64,000 nucleotides of DNA from Acidimicrobiales bacterium (GTDB lineage: Bacteria; Actinomycetota; Acidimicrobiia; Acidimicrobiales; BPGG01): positions 474,122 to 538,121 of the forward strand of contig BPGG01000001.1 in assembly GCA_026002915.1 (NCBI GenBank). The letters are read 5' to 3'. Position 1 is the stretch's first letter. Every line of letters begins with the position of its first letter. The notes below the pieces were generated by a model, which had not been told where the DNA came from, made no database searches, and saw nothing but the letters and a program-made list of their open reading frames with translations. Both the position numbers and the translations under genes were made by a program. Positions 46,991-55,433 of the stretch are shown here, piece by piece.

Positions 46991-48126
46991 ACGTCGAGAG
47001 TGGTCGTGATCACGCGGCGCTGATCGAACTCTGCGAGCGCCTTGCGTCTCGAGGCCGCCCCCATCCGCTGGCGCTTGGCCTCGTCGGCCACGAGAGCGGA
47101 GAGGATTTCGACCAACTTCGCCACGTTCCCCGGGGGGTAGAGAAACCCGTTCACACCGTCGTCCACCACTTCCCTGCATCCTCGGACGTCGGTGACCACG
47201 AGAGGCAGGGCCATCGCAGCCGCCTCCATGGCGGAACGGGGGAATCCCTCTCTTCGGGAAGCCAGGACGAACACGTCGAACGCCGAATAGACGTCCACCA
47301 TGTCGTGGCGCTCTCCGACCACCAGGACACCAGAGCGTTCGGCTTCTTCGAGATCGTGCTCGTCGAGCGCGTCGGGCTTCCCCGGCTCACGCGGTCCGAC
47401 GGCTACGAACACGACTTCCCCTTTGTCGCGCAGCCGTCCCGCCGCCGCAAAAAAGTCCTCCCACCCCTTTTCGCGGACCAGCCGACCGACAGATCCGACC
47501 ACGACGGCCTGCTGCGGGACTCCCCACTCGGCTCTCACACGAACCCTCGCACCTGCCTCGGCGCTCGCGGGGCTGTACCGACCGAGGTCGACCCCGTTTC
47601 CCAACCAGCGCAGCTTCCTGCCGGGCACGCGCAACGCCGCGAGCGTTCGCAGGTCCTCTCGACTCTGCACCAGTTCCATGTCCGAGAACACAGCGGCCAG
47701 ACGCTCCACCGCGTAGACGAGGATCCTCTTCGGGAGAGGATCGTCGGAGGTCGCGTAGAGGCCGTGTTGGGTGTTGACAACCACGGGCACACCGGCGAGT
47801 CGAGCGACGATCCTGCCGTAGATGCCGGGCTTGGGGTTGTGGGTGTGGACGAGGTCGGGACGCAACCTCCTCAGCAGCGAGAAGAACTCGCAGGCGGCAC
47901 GTAGATCCGAGATCGGATCCCGTGCCCGGGTGGAATGACGCAGGGCCACGTGCTCCACTCCCCACCGCGATCTCAGCCGCTCCACATGAGGTCCGTCGGC
48001 GGAGACTCCGATCACTTCGAAACCGGCGGCGGCGAAGGCCGCCAACTGTGGTCCGAGGAGCCAGTCGAGGCTCATGTCCGTCGTGGTGAGGTGGACGAGA
48101 CGAGGTACCTTCCCGTCGAGACTCAT
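46909..48126 (-). CDS. glycosyltransferase family 4
   Basis: From ATG 48126 (ATGA overlap with the upstream deacetylase stop): VHLTTTDMSL..., HTHNPKPGIYG, SRREGFPRSAMEAAAMALPLVVTDVRG. Confidence 0.85.
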   Translation of the reverse strand: MSLDGKVPRLVHLTTTDMSLDWLLGPQLAAFAAAGFEVIGVSADGPHVERLRSRWGVEHVALRHSTRARDPISDLRAACEFFSLLRRLRPDLVHTHNPKPGIYGRIVARLAGVPVVVNTQHGLYATSDDPLPKRILVYAVERLAAVFSDMELVQSREDLRTLAALRVPGRKLRWLGNGVDLGRYSPASAEAGARVRVRAEWGVPQQAVVVGSVGRLVREKGWEDFFAAAGRLRDKGEVVFVAVGPREPGKPDALDEHDLEEAERSGVLVVGERHDMVDVYSAFDVFVLASRREGFPRSAMEAAAMALPLVVTDVRGCREVVDDGVNGFLYPPGNVAKLVEILSALVADEAKRQRMGAASRRKALAEFDQRRVITTTLDVYRELLERAARRRPLRARFLRARASSE

Positions 48127-48944
48127 GTCTTCTTGCTTCGATGACGGATCCGGTCGAATACCTCTCGCAGGGCGCCTTCCAGACGGGACCGTCCCTCGAG
48201 CTTCGCCCTGAACAGCTCCTCGTCGTCGTCGACCTGCACCGGCACCCGTCTCAGCCCATGTACGTCTGCGAGACCGGGGACGTTCACACCCCCACCGGCG
48301 AGCGACGCGGATCTGAAGGCGGCCTCGACGAGTGGAGCCACCCCTGCCGCAGGTCGCATCGCCTTCGGATATGCGAAGTGCCTGGCTTGCAACCCGAGAC
48401 GCTCCTCGACGAGGCGCTGCGACTCGGTGATCTCGAACTGCGCCTCCCTGGGCGAGGCGTTGTGCAACGTACGGTGCGAATGGGTGTGCGACCCGACGTG
48501 GAGAAGTCCGGTCTCCACGGCATCCCTCAGGCCCGACCATGTGACCGGAGGGACACCTGCCGAGATCTCCACCTGCTCTTCGACGAAGCGGGTCGCGAGG
48601 AACAGCGTCGCCGGAACCCTTGCTTCCGCCAGAATCGGGAACGCCACCTCGAGAAAGTCCCGAGCGCCGTCGTCGAAGGTGACCACGACCGTCGGCTCCC
48701 CCTGCCGACCGAAAGTGCCGTCGCCGCTCTCCAAGGCCTCCACCGCCTCGTCGAGGGTCACGACACGGGCCGACTCCGCCAGCATCGCGACCTGGTCGCG
48801 AAACTTCTCGGGATCTAGATCGACTCGCGACCCCGAGCCCCCACCGACGCGGTGGTAGGCAAGGATCACCACGCCGGGAGGAGGGGGCGCCAGACCTTCG
48901 AGCGCGGCCGCTGCACGCTTCAGGACGCCGACGAGTGAGGCCAC
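48123..48944 (-). CDS. polysaccharide deacetylase (NodB homology domain)
   Basis: VVTFDDGARDF and GSHTHSHRTL metal-binding motifs. GTG start. Confidence 0.8.
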   Translation of the reverse strand: MASLVGVLKRAAAALEGLAPPPPGVVILAYHRVGGGSGSRVDLDPEKFRDQVAMLAESARVVTLDEAVEALESGDGTFGRQGEPTVVVTFDDGARDFLEVAFPILAEARVPATLFLATRFVEEQVEISAGVPPVTWSGLRDAVETGLLHVGSHTHSHRTLHNASPREAQFEITESQRLVEERLGLQARHFAYPKAMRPAAGVAPLVEAAFRSASLAGGGVNVPGLADVHGLRRVPVQVDDDEELFRAKLEGRSRLEGALREVFDRIRHRSKKT

Positions 48945-48974
48945 GGGTCGGGGAGTGTACGAGACATCAGCCGG

Positions 48975-49004
48975 GGAGCGATGACGGAATCGAACCGCCG
49001 ACGG
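48975..49004 (-). other. tRNA 3'-end-like fragment (T-arm plus acceptor 3' strand) in an intergenic region
   Basis: The minus strand reads GGCGG-TTCGATT-CCGTC-ATCGCTC-C: a foldable T-arm with the canonical GGTTCGATTCC loop, then a 7-nt acceptor-like strand. No D-arm or anticodon arm can be folded upstream. Confidence 0.35.
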
Positions 49005-49030
49005 CCGGTCGTCGGCTAGAAACCTGCTCC

Positions 49031-50041
49031 GTGGCCGACCCGAGCAGCCTCGACGTCAGCGCGGCGGTCGAATACCCGCTCGCCGACGGGTCGCGCCTCG
49101 TCGTCAGACCGGTCGGAGAACAAGAACTGGGCACTGCACTGGCCGTGGCTGCCGAGGCGCTCGGTTGGGATCCGCAAAGGCCGAACGACGAGCTGTTCCG
49201 CTGGAAGCACCTCGAAAACCCCTTCGGTCGCAGCGACCTCTGGCTCGCGGAAGTCGACGGGCAGCCGGTCGGGCTACGTGCCTTCATGGCCTGGGAGTTC
49301 GTCGACTACGAGGAACGGAGTCTGCGGGCCGTGAGAGCCGTCGACACCGCCACGCTTCCCGCGGCCCGTCGCAAGGGTGTCTTCCGGATCGCCACCACGC
49401 ACGCGCTGGTCGCCGCCCACCGGCGTGGGGTCGACTTCGTGTTCAACACCCCGAACTCGTCGAGCAGACCCGGTTACTTGTCGATGGGATGGGAGTATCT
49501 GGGACGACCGCCGATCGAGGTGCTCTCGCTCGGGATCGGATCCCTCCCCGTGCTGGCAAAGGCCAGGACCGCCGCCGACAAGTGGTCGATTCCGACCGAC
49601 GTAGGACTGCCCGCCGCCGAGGCGCTCTGGGACGAGACGGTCGTCCGTGCTCTCCTGCTACAACGTCGGGGGAGCCGTCTTGCGACCCGGTGGACCCCGG
49701 AGAGATTGCGTTGGCGCTACGGCTCACCCCACCTGCACTACAAGGTGGTCACCGCAGACGGCGCGGTCGCGGTATTCCGCCTGCGCAGACGAGGTCCCGC
49801 CACCGAGCTCGCGATCTGCGCCCTCGCGGCAGATTCCAGGGCGTCGGGCATGTGCCTGGTCGGCTCGTTGCTGCGACGTACACAGGCCGACTACGCGGTG
49901 GGAGTCGTGGGGGGTCACGTCGGCTTCGGGGTCACGATCCCACGGGGCGGTCCGGCGATAACTTGGCGAGCGGTGCGTTCTTCGGACAAGCCCCGTCTGA
50001 GATCGTTGGGACTGACTCTCGGCGACCTCGAACTGTTCTGA
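49031..50041 (+). CDS. GNAT-like N-acetyltransferase domain protein
   Basis: VRPVGEQELGTALAVAAEALGW ... LWLAEVDGQPVGLRAFM ... RAVDTATLPAARRKGVFRIATTHAL resembles the GNAT acetyl-CoA-binding core. GTG 49031 chosen because the ORF opening at 48935 would overlap the divergent deacetylase start. Confidence 0.55.
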   Translation: MADPSSLDVSAAVEYPLADGSRLVVRPVGEQELGTALAVAAEALGWDPQRPNDELFRWKHLENPFGRSDLWLAEVDGQPVGLRAFMAWEFVDYEERSLRAVRAVDTATLPAARRKGVFRIATTHALVAAHRRGVDFVFNTPNSSSRPGYLSMGWEYLGRPPIEVLSLGIGSLPVLAKARTAADKWSIPTDVGLPAAEALWDETVVRALLLQRRGSRLATRWTPERLRWRYGSPHLHYKVVTADGAVAVFRLRRRGPATELAICALAADSRASGMCLVGSLLRRTQADYAVGVVGGHVGFGVTIPRGGPAITWRAVRSSDKPRLRSLGLTLGDLELF

Positions 50042-50047
50042 GGTGCA

Positions 50048-51898
50048 ATGCCCTTGGATCGCCCAGACGGGAGCGCCAACCAGCCCGCGAGCCGCGGAGA
50101 CGGGAGAGTGAACAGGGGGAAGACCACGCCCCGCAAGGGGCTGTCCTCCTTGCGGTCCACCTGGCCTCAACTCGCGAGCGTGATCAGGCCATTCCGACTG
50201 CGGCTCGTAATCCTGTCGATCCTCTCGCTCGCCGGGGGGCTGATCGAGGCCGCGAGCCTCGTCATGGTCGCCCGCCTGGGGATAGCCATCGCCAGCGAGT
50301 CCCGCGAACCGGTGTGGCGGTTCACGTTCGCATCGAACACCTACGAGGTCGGCGTGACCGCCCTGTTCACCGCCACGCTCGCGGCGATGACGGCCCGCCT
50401 GTTCTTCACCGCCGCGGTGTCGTGGATCACGGCGAGTGTCACGACCCGCACGATCGCTGAATTGCGCAGAGGTACCTATTCGGACTTCATCCGCGCTTCG
50501 TGGGCACGTCAGAGCGTCGAACGCGACGGGCGCTTGCAGGACATCATGACCACCTTCGTCCGCCAAGGGGGAACCGCCGTCGGACTGTTCACCCGGGCCG
50601 TTGCAGCCGGTGCCGGGCTGGCCGCAATGGTCGCGACCGCCTTGGTGCTGAACCCGCTGGCCGTGATCACCGTGATCCTCTTGCTGGGTGGTTTGTTCGT
50701 TGCCATGCGACCGTTTGCTACTTGGACTCGCCGCCTGAACGAACAGCTCACCCGCCAGAACGTGCGCTATGCGAGGACCGTGGCGGAGACCGCCGCAATG
50801 GTTCGCGACCTCCGTGTGTTCAAGGCGGAGGACGCCATGGTAGACCGCATGCGGCGCATCGTGGACTCGTGGGAGAAGACGGCGCGCCGGTCGACGTTCT
50901 CCACCCGTTTCGCTCCTTCGGCCTATCGCACTGCTGCGCTCCTGGTACTCACGGCAGCCCTCGGGGGCCTCTACTTGCTGGGCGGAACAGAACTGCCGTC
51001 ACTTGCAGGAGTGGTGCTCGTACTCGTGCGCTCCTCGGCGTACGGCCAGCAGCTCCAATCCGTGTACCAAGACGCCCAAGAGGCACTCCCTTGGCTCCAG
51101 ACACTGTTCGAGACCCGGAGCGACTACCGAGACAACGCCCAGTATCGAGGTGGACGGCCCCTCGATCGAATCGACGAGATCACGTTCGACCACGTCTCTT
51201 ACTCCTACCGGCCCGGCACCAGGGCGCTCTCAGACATCACGTTCACCGTGAAAAGGGGTGAGACGGTGGGAATCATCGGACCGTCCGGTGCAGGGAAGTC
51301 GACCCTCGTGCAGCTCCTTCTGCGCCTGCGGGAACCGGAGGAGGGTGCGGTCCTCGTCAACGGAGTCGACGCGCGTGAGTTTTCGCTGGACAGTTGGTAC
51401 GACAAGGTCACGTATGTCCCGCAGGAATGTCGTCTCCTCGACACGACGATCGCCGAGAACATCCGCTTCCTGCGCGAAATCCCGATGGAGCGAATCGTGG
51501 CGGCGGCCCGCATGGCTCACATCCACGACGAGATAGAAGCGATGCCTCTGGGCTACGACACACCGGTCGGGCCCGGCGGAGGAGGCGTGAGCGGCGGCCA
51601 GAGGCAACGAATAGCCCTAGCACGGGCCCTGGCAGGGCATCCGGACGTCGTCGTCCTCGACGAACCGACCAGCTCTTTGGACCCGAAGTCCGAGGACCTG
51701 GTGCGCCGGAGCCTCGCCGCCCTGAAGGGCAGCGTGACGGTCTTCGTAGTCGCCCACCGCATGTCCACCCTCACCGTCTGCGACAAGATGCTGGTCCTCA
51801 AGGGAGGCTCACTGCAGGCATTCGGAGCCCCCGAGGCCCTGGCGCAGGAGAGCCCCTACTACCGGGAAGCCGTCCGCCTCTCCATCGTGCGAGGCTGA
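50048..51898 (+). CDS. ABC exporter, fused permease/ATP-binding protein (MsbA-like), candidate glycan or lipid-linked intermediate exporter
   Basis: Six-TM exporter domain, Walker A GPSGAGKST, signature VSGGQRQR, Walker B VVVLDEPTS. Confidence 0.9.
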   Translation: MPLDRPDGSANQPASRGDGRVNRGKTTPRKGLSSLRSTWPQLASVIRPFRLRLVILSILSLAGGLIEAASLVMVARLGIAIASESREPVWRFTFASNTYEVGVTALFTATLAAMTARLFFTAAVSWITASVTTRTIAELRRGTYSDFIRASWARQSVERDGRLQDIMTTFVRQGGTAVGLFTRAVAAGAGLAAMVATALVLNPLAVITVILLLGGLFVAMRPFATWTRRLNEQLTRQNVRYARTVAETAAMVRDLRVFKAEDAMVDRMRRIVDSWEKTARRSTFSTRFAPSAYRTAALLVLTAALGGLYLLGGTELPSLAGVVLVLVRSSAYGQQLQSVYQDAQEALPWLQTLFETRSDYRDNAQYRGGRPLDRIDEITFDHVSYSYRPGTRALSDITFTVKRGETVGIIGPSGAGKSTLVQLLLRLREPEEGAVLVNGVDAREFSLDSWYDKVTYVPQECRLLDTTIAENIRFLREIPMERIVAAARMAHIHDEIEAMPLGYDTPVGPGGGGVSGGQRQRIALARALAGHPDVVVLDEPTSSLDPKSEDLVRRSLAALKGSVTVFVVAHRMSTLTVCDKMLVLKGGSLQAFGAPEALAQESPYYREAVRLSIVRG

Positions 51899-51902
51899 TC
51901 TC

Positions 51903-52877
51903 GTGACTGGGCGGCCGTCGGAGTCATCGGGAGTGTTCGTACTCGGAATGCACAGGAGCGGGACCAGCGCGACGACAGGGCTGCTCGAGAGCCTGGGTCT
52001 GATCGGACCCGACCCGAGGCGTCGGTTCGCACCCACCGCCTACAACGCACGCGGCAACCAGGAGCACGTGGATCTCACCGAGCGAAACGAACGTCTGCTG
52101 CAGCACTTCGGCGGCCGCTGGGACGCGCCGCCTGATCTTCCGGAGCATTGGGTGGACAGCCCGACCCTCCTGGATTGGCGACCCGAAGCGCAACGACTGT
52201 TCGACGAGGCGATCCCGGGTGCGCCCTGGGTGTGGAAAGACCCGAGGCTGTCCATCACCCTTCCGTTCTGGGAGAACATCCTCGTCGGACGTCACCTCTT
52301 CGTCCTGGCCGTACGCCATCCCGTGGCGGTCGCCGAGTCGCTCACACGCCGAAACCGCCTTCGCATGCCGGTGGGCGTGGCTCTGTGGGAGCACTACAAC
52401 CTGAGCGCACTCCGGCTTCTCTCCGGACGCCGGTGCTTCGTCCAGCACTACGACGACCTCGTAGAAGATCCGCAGGGAGCAGCCGATGCGCTCGCGGGCT
52501 GGCTGCGAGAACACGACATGGTGCCGCCGGCCGGATCCACACCCGGCGACGTCGCTCTTCCCGACCCGTCGCTGAGGCACCAGACCATGCCCGCCCAAAC
52601 GGACGAAGACACCCTCACTCCACAACAGAGTCGCCTCTGGGACTTGATCAGGTCGCTCGAAGGCGAGGTGGTGGTTCCCCCGCACTCGAGCCTTCCCCAA
52701 CCGCATCCACTGTCGGTGGCTCTCCTCGCGGAGCGGCGAGATCTTCTCGCACAGGTGTCCGTGGAACGTGAGCGGGCGAGGACGCACATGAGGCGCGACC
52801 CGGTGTTGTGGATCCGCCGCATGACGACTCTCGTCTTCCCCCGCAAGGCGTCTCGTGCGGGTGCCCGAGGGAGATGA
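51903..52877 (+). CDS. sulfotransferase family protein
   Basis: 5'-PSB-like loop VFVLGMHRSGTSATTGLL, the KDPR box (WVWKDPRLSITLPFW) and 3'-PB-like VRHPVAVAES. HYDDLVEDP near the C-terminus. Confidence 0.7.
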   Translation: MTGRPSESSGVFVLGMHRSGTSATTGLLESLGLIGPDPRRRFAPTAYNARGNQEHVDLTERNERLLQHFGGRWDAPPDLPEHWVDSPTLLDWRPEAQRLFDEAIPGAPWVWKDPRLSITLPFWENILVGRHLFVLAVRHPVAVAESLTRRNRLRMPVGVALWEHYNLSALRLLSGRRCFVQHYDDLVEDPQGAADALAGWLREHDMVPPAGSTPGDVALPDPSLRHQTMPAQTDEDTLTPQQSRLWDLIRSLEGEVVVPPHSSLPQPHPLSVALLAERRDLLAQVSVERERARTHMRRDPVLWIRRMTTLVFPRKASRAGARGR

Positions 52878-53716
52878 TCTACATAGTGACCGTCCACTAC
52901 AGGCAAGCCCGATGGATCGGACCGCAGCGTCGTTACCTCGACCGGAACGTTTCCGAGCCCTACCGACTCTGGGCGTCCATGCCGGGGGTGGACGAACGGC
53001 ACCGACGACTCGTAGATCGTTGCGTCGTTGCAGACGGGACTCATGCCGGCCAGCTGAATCACCTGGCGGCCCTCGTCTGCGAGGTGGCCGAACCGGAGGA
53101 CTGGCTGTGGTTCTTGGACGGGGACGCCTTCCCAGTCTCCGACCCGGTCCCCTACGTCCGACAGGCTCTGGAGACCCACGATCTGGTGGCGATAAGGAGA
53201 GACGAGAACGACGGTGAGCGGCAGCCCCATCCGAGCTTCTGTGCCACCACGGTCAGAACCTGGATCGACATCCGCGGAGACTGGTCGGACGGCCACTGCT
53301 GGCAGAACGCTGCGGGTGAGTGGGTCACGGACGTAGGCGGAAACCTGCTGTGGCTACTGCGGGACCGATCCTGGAAACCCATCCTCCGTTCGAACCACAC
53401 CAACCTCCACCCGGTCTGGTTCGGCGTCTACGGCGGGGTGATATACCACCACGGCGCTGGATTCCGGCCCGACGCGGTGACCAGGGAGGACTATGCGCGG
53501 CTCCGTCGTCGGACTCTGGGTCTGGAGAGCTCGTCGATACGTCTGTTGCGTTCGGCTGCGAAGCGAGTACGACAGCGCTTCGAGGAGGACGTGATTCGGA
53601 AAAAGGCGGAGCTCGATGTCCAGATGTACGAGCGGCTGAGCGTCGACCCGGACTTCTGGCGAGTTCTCTCTCACGGACCCGAGGAGTCCTGGAACAGAGA
53701 CGAGGTGTCGGCATGA
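52874..53716 (+). CDS. uncharacterised protein, possibly a GT-A-like glycosyltransferase
   Basis: ATGA overlap with the upstream sulfotransferase. MIYIVTVHY start and a DxD-like FLDGDAFP. No family recognised with confidence. Confidence 0.4.
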   Translation: MIYIVTVHYRQARWIGPQRRYLDRNVSEPYRLWASMPGVDERHRRLVDRCVVADGTHAGQLNHLAALVCEVAEPEDWLWFLDGDAFPVSDPVPYVRQALETHDLVAIRRDENDGERQPHPSFCATTVRTWIDIRGDWSDGHCWQNAAGEWVTDVGGNLLWLLRDRSWKPILRSNHTNLHPVWFGVYGGVIYHHGAGFRPDAVTREDYARLRRRTLGLESSSIRLLRSAAKRVRQRFEEDVIRKKAELDVQMYERLSVDPDFWRVLSHGPEESWNRDEVSA

Positions 53717-54456
53717 TTCGACGTTCCCTGGGCTCGATAAAAACCTTGTCTGCACGGGCGACGCGACGCCCTGCGCGGCCCAGACTCGATCACGGTCTCG
53801 GCATCGGCGGGATGTGGGAGCGGATCGGAAGGCTGCAGTTCGAGTTTCTGGTCTCGGAGGGACTACGACCCGAACACCGGCTGCTCGACATCGGCTGCGG
53901 TGCGCTGCGAGGAGGACTGCACTTTGTCCGCTACCTCCACCCTGGGAACTACTACGGTGTCGAGGTCGAACCGCGGAACCTGGCCGCTGCACGAACCAAT
54001 CTCGCCGCGGCCGGACTCGTCGACCGGCGCCCGCACCTTCGCAAGACCTCCCTTTTCGACGTCGACTTCGGGGTCTCGTTCGACTTCGTGTTGGCACAGT
54101 CCGTCTTCACGCACCTGCCACTCAACCCGATCCGAACCTGTCTATGTGCCGTGGCCGCGGTGCTGGGTGAGCACGGACGGTTCTATGCCACCTTCTTCCG
54201 AGGACCACGCGACACCACAGACAGGAGAAGCATGATCCACCACGCAGAGGACGGACCGCTCGTGACTCACCCTGACAGAAACCCGTTCCATTACCACCCC
54301 GATGAGCTTCGGTGGGCAGCGCGAGGGACGGGGTTGCACGCTGTCGATCTCGGCGACTGGGGTCATCCCAGACGACAGCAAATGATGCTCTTCACCAAAG
54401 ACGCCGAACTCGCCTCTTCACGCCTCTCTCGAGCCGCGCCGCTCCCCGACCGATGA
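53713..54456 (+). CDS. class I SAM-dependent methyltransferase
   Basis: ATGA overlap with the upstream gene. Motif I LLDIGCGALRGG, post-I YYGVEVEP, FDFVLAQSVFTHL. Confidence 0.8.
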   Translation: MIRRSLGSIKTLSARATRRPARPRLDHGLGIGGMWERIGRLQFEFLVSEGLRPEHRLLDIGCGALRGGLHFVRYLHPGNYYGVEVEPRNLAAARTNLAAAGLVDRRPHLRKTSLFDVDFGVSFDFVLAQSVFTHLPLNPIRTCLCAVAAVLGEHGRFYATFFRGPRDTTDRRSMIHHAEDGPLVTHPDRNPFHYHPDELRWAARGTGLHAVDLGDWGHPRRQQMMLFTKDAELASSRLSRAAPLPDR

Positions 54457-55426
54457 GGACGCGCAAGTCGGTGAACCTCTCACGGAGAGGGTCGGGCTCT
54501 TCCGAGAGGTGCCGGTAGCCCAGCTGCTCGACGACCGACCCGGCAATCCACCGAAAGCGCCTCAGCAGACGCTCGTCCCACGACCCCGCCCGCGCGAGAG
54601 GATCGAAAGTGGCGTCCGGCTCTCTGGGGGAGAAGTCCGGTCCGTCGACCCCGGCGGTCTGCGAAGAACCTCGGACGGGAAGGTGATCGACACGGTCGAA
54701 AGGGAACTCCTCGACCGGTAGATCCAGGGCCTCGAGCACCCTCCGCATCTCTCCTGCCCTGTCACGGACCAGATCCTCGTAGCGGACCAAGACACTCCGT
54801 GGAGGGGCTGAGCGGAAGAAGTCGACGACCTCGGACGCGGCGGCAGCCCAGGTCCGCATCCAACTCTCGTATGTCCCTCCGAAGCTCCTCACGGCCGACT
54901 CCACGGTCGCAGGCCCTCCCCTCACGATGACCACCAGTCGGGCGGACGGAAGAAGCCGGTGAACGTTCCGGAGCCCCCGGATGCTCGGCGTCTTGGTCAA
55001 CGCGAACCATTCTCTGTCGCCGAGCGGCCCGCGGCGTGGTGCGCCTGAGAAGAGCGGGACCGGCGACTCGAGGTCGACTCCGGCGAGGACGAACTCTTCC
55101 AGAGCCCGCCCCAGGCTCAGCTCCAAGTCCCGCCCTGCCGCTCGAGGCACACCCCAGGCAGGTGTCCATTGCGAGCTCACCCGGCCTGCGTAACGAACGA
55201 GGTGATCTGAGTGCAGGATCAGGTAGTCCTCGTGCATCCAACCGGGCGCGGCCAGCCGCGGGTGCAGCAGCAGGAGATCGAACAGGTGGTTCGTCCCCAC
55301 CCGCTGGGTCATGCCGAGGACCATCACGAGCCGGTGACCCGGCAACGTCACGGCCTGCCGGTTCCTCGAGGCCGGTGACCCGTCGCCGGTCTCGTCCGAG
55401 TCATGGTCCACCCACCTAGCATGCAC
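54392..55426 (-). CDS. sulfotransferase-fold protein with atypical PAPS loop
   Basis: LVMVLGMTQRVGTNHLFD (variant 5'-PSB), TKTPS...LLPSARLVVIVRGGPATVES (3'-PB-like), VLVRYEDLVRDRAGEMRRVLEALDLP. The GTG start at 55426 is uncertain (alternatives GTG 55351, ATG 55324). Confidence 0.55.
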   Translation of the reverse strand: MHARWVDHDSDETGDGSPASRNRQAVTLPGHRLVMVLGMTQRVGTNHLFDLLLLHPRLAAPGWMHEDYLILHSDHLVRYAGRVSSQWTPAWGVPRAAGRDLELSLGRALEEFVLAGVDLESPVPLFSGAPRRGPLGDREWFALTKTPSIRGLRNVHRLLPSARLVVIVRGGPATVESAVRSFGGTYESWMRTWAAAASEVVDFFRSAPPRSVLVRYEDLVRDRAGEMRRVLEALDLPVEEFPFDRVDHLPVRGSSQTAGVDGPDFSPREPDATFDPLARAGSWDERLLRRFRWIAGSVVEQLGYRHLSEEPDPLRERFTDLRVLIGRGAARLERGVKRRVRRLW

Positions 55427-55433
55427 GCGTGCA
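55422..55433. promoter_or_regulatory. perfect 12-bp palindrome TGCACGCGTGCA spanning two divergent annotated start codons
   Basis: Read directly. The minus-strand GTG (55426..55424) and the plus-strand GTG (55429..55431) are the two symmetric halves. Confidence 0.4.

Noticed and set aside
36526-48999. Idea that tRNA-Val and the tRNA-like fragment delimit one genomic island
   Set aside because: The fragment lies on the 5' side of the tRNA-Val gene, and both are on the minus strand. Integration scars lie 3' of the target tRNA. Identity is only 19 of 25. No integrase is present.
48960-49040. Possible complete tRNA gene on the minus strand around the GGTTCGATTCC motif
   Set aside because: Only a T-arm and an acceptor 3' strand can be folded. 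The upstream bases form a different hairpin, and no anticodon loop with U33 or D-arm exists. It is reported only as a fragment.
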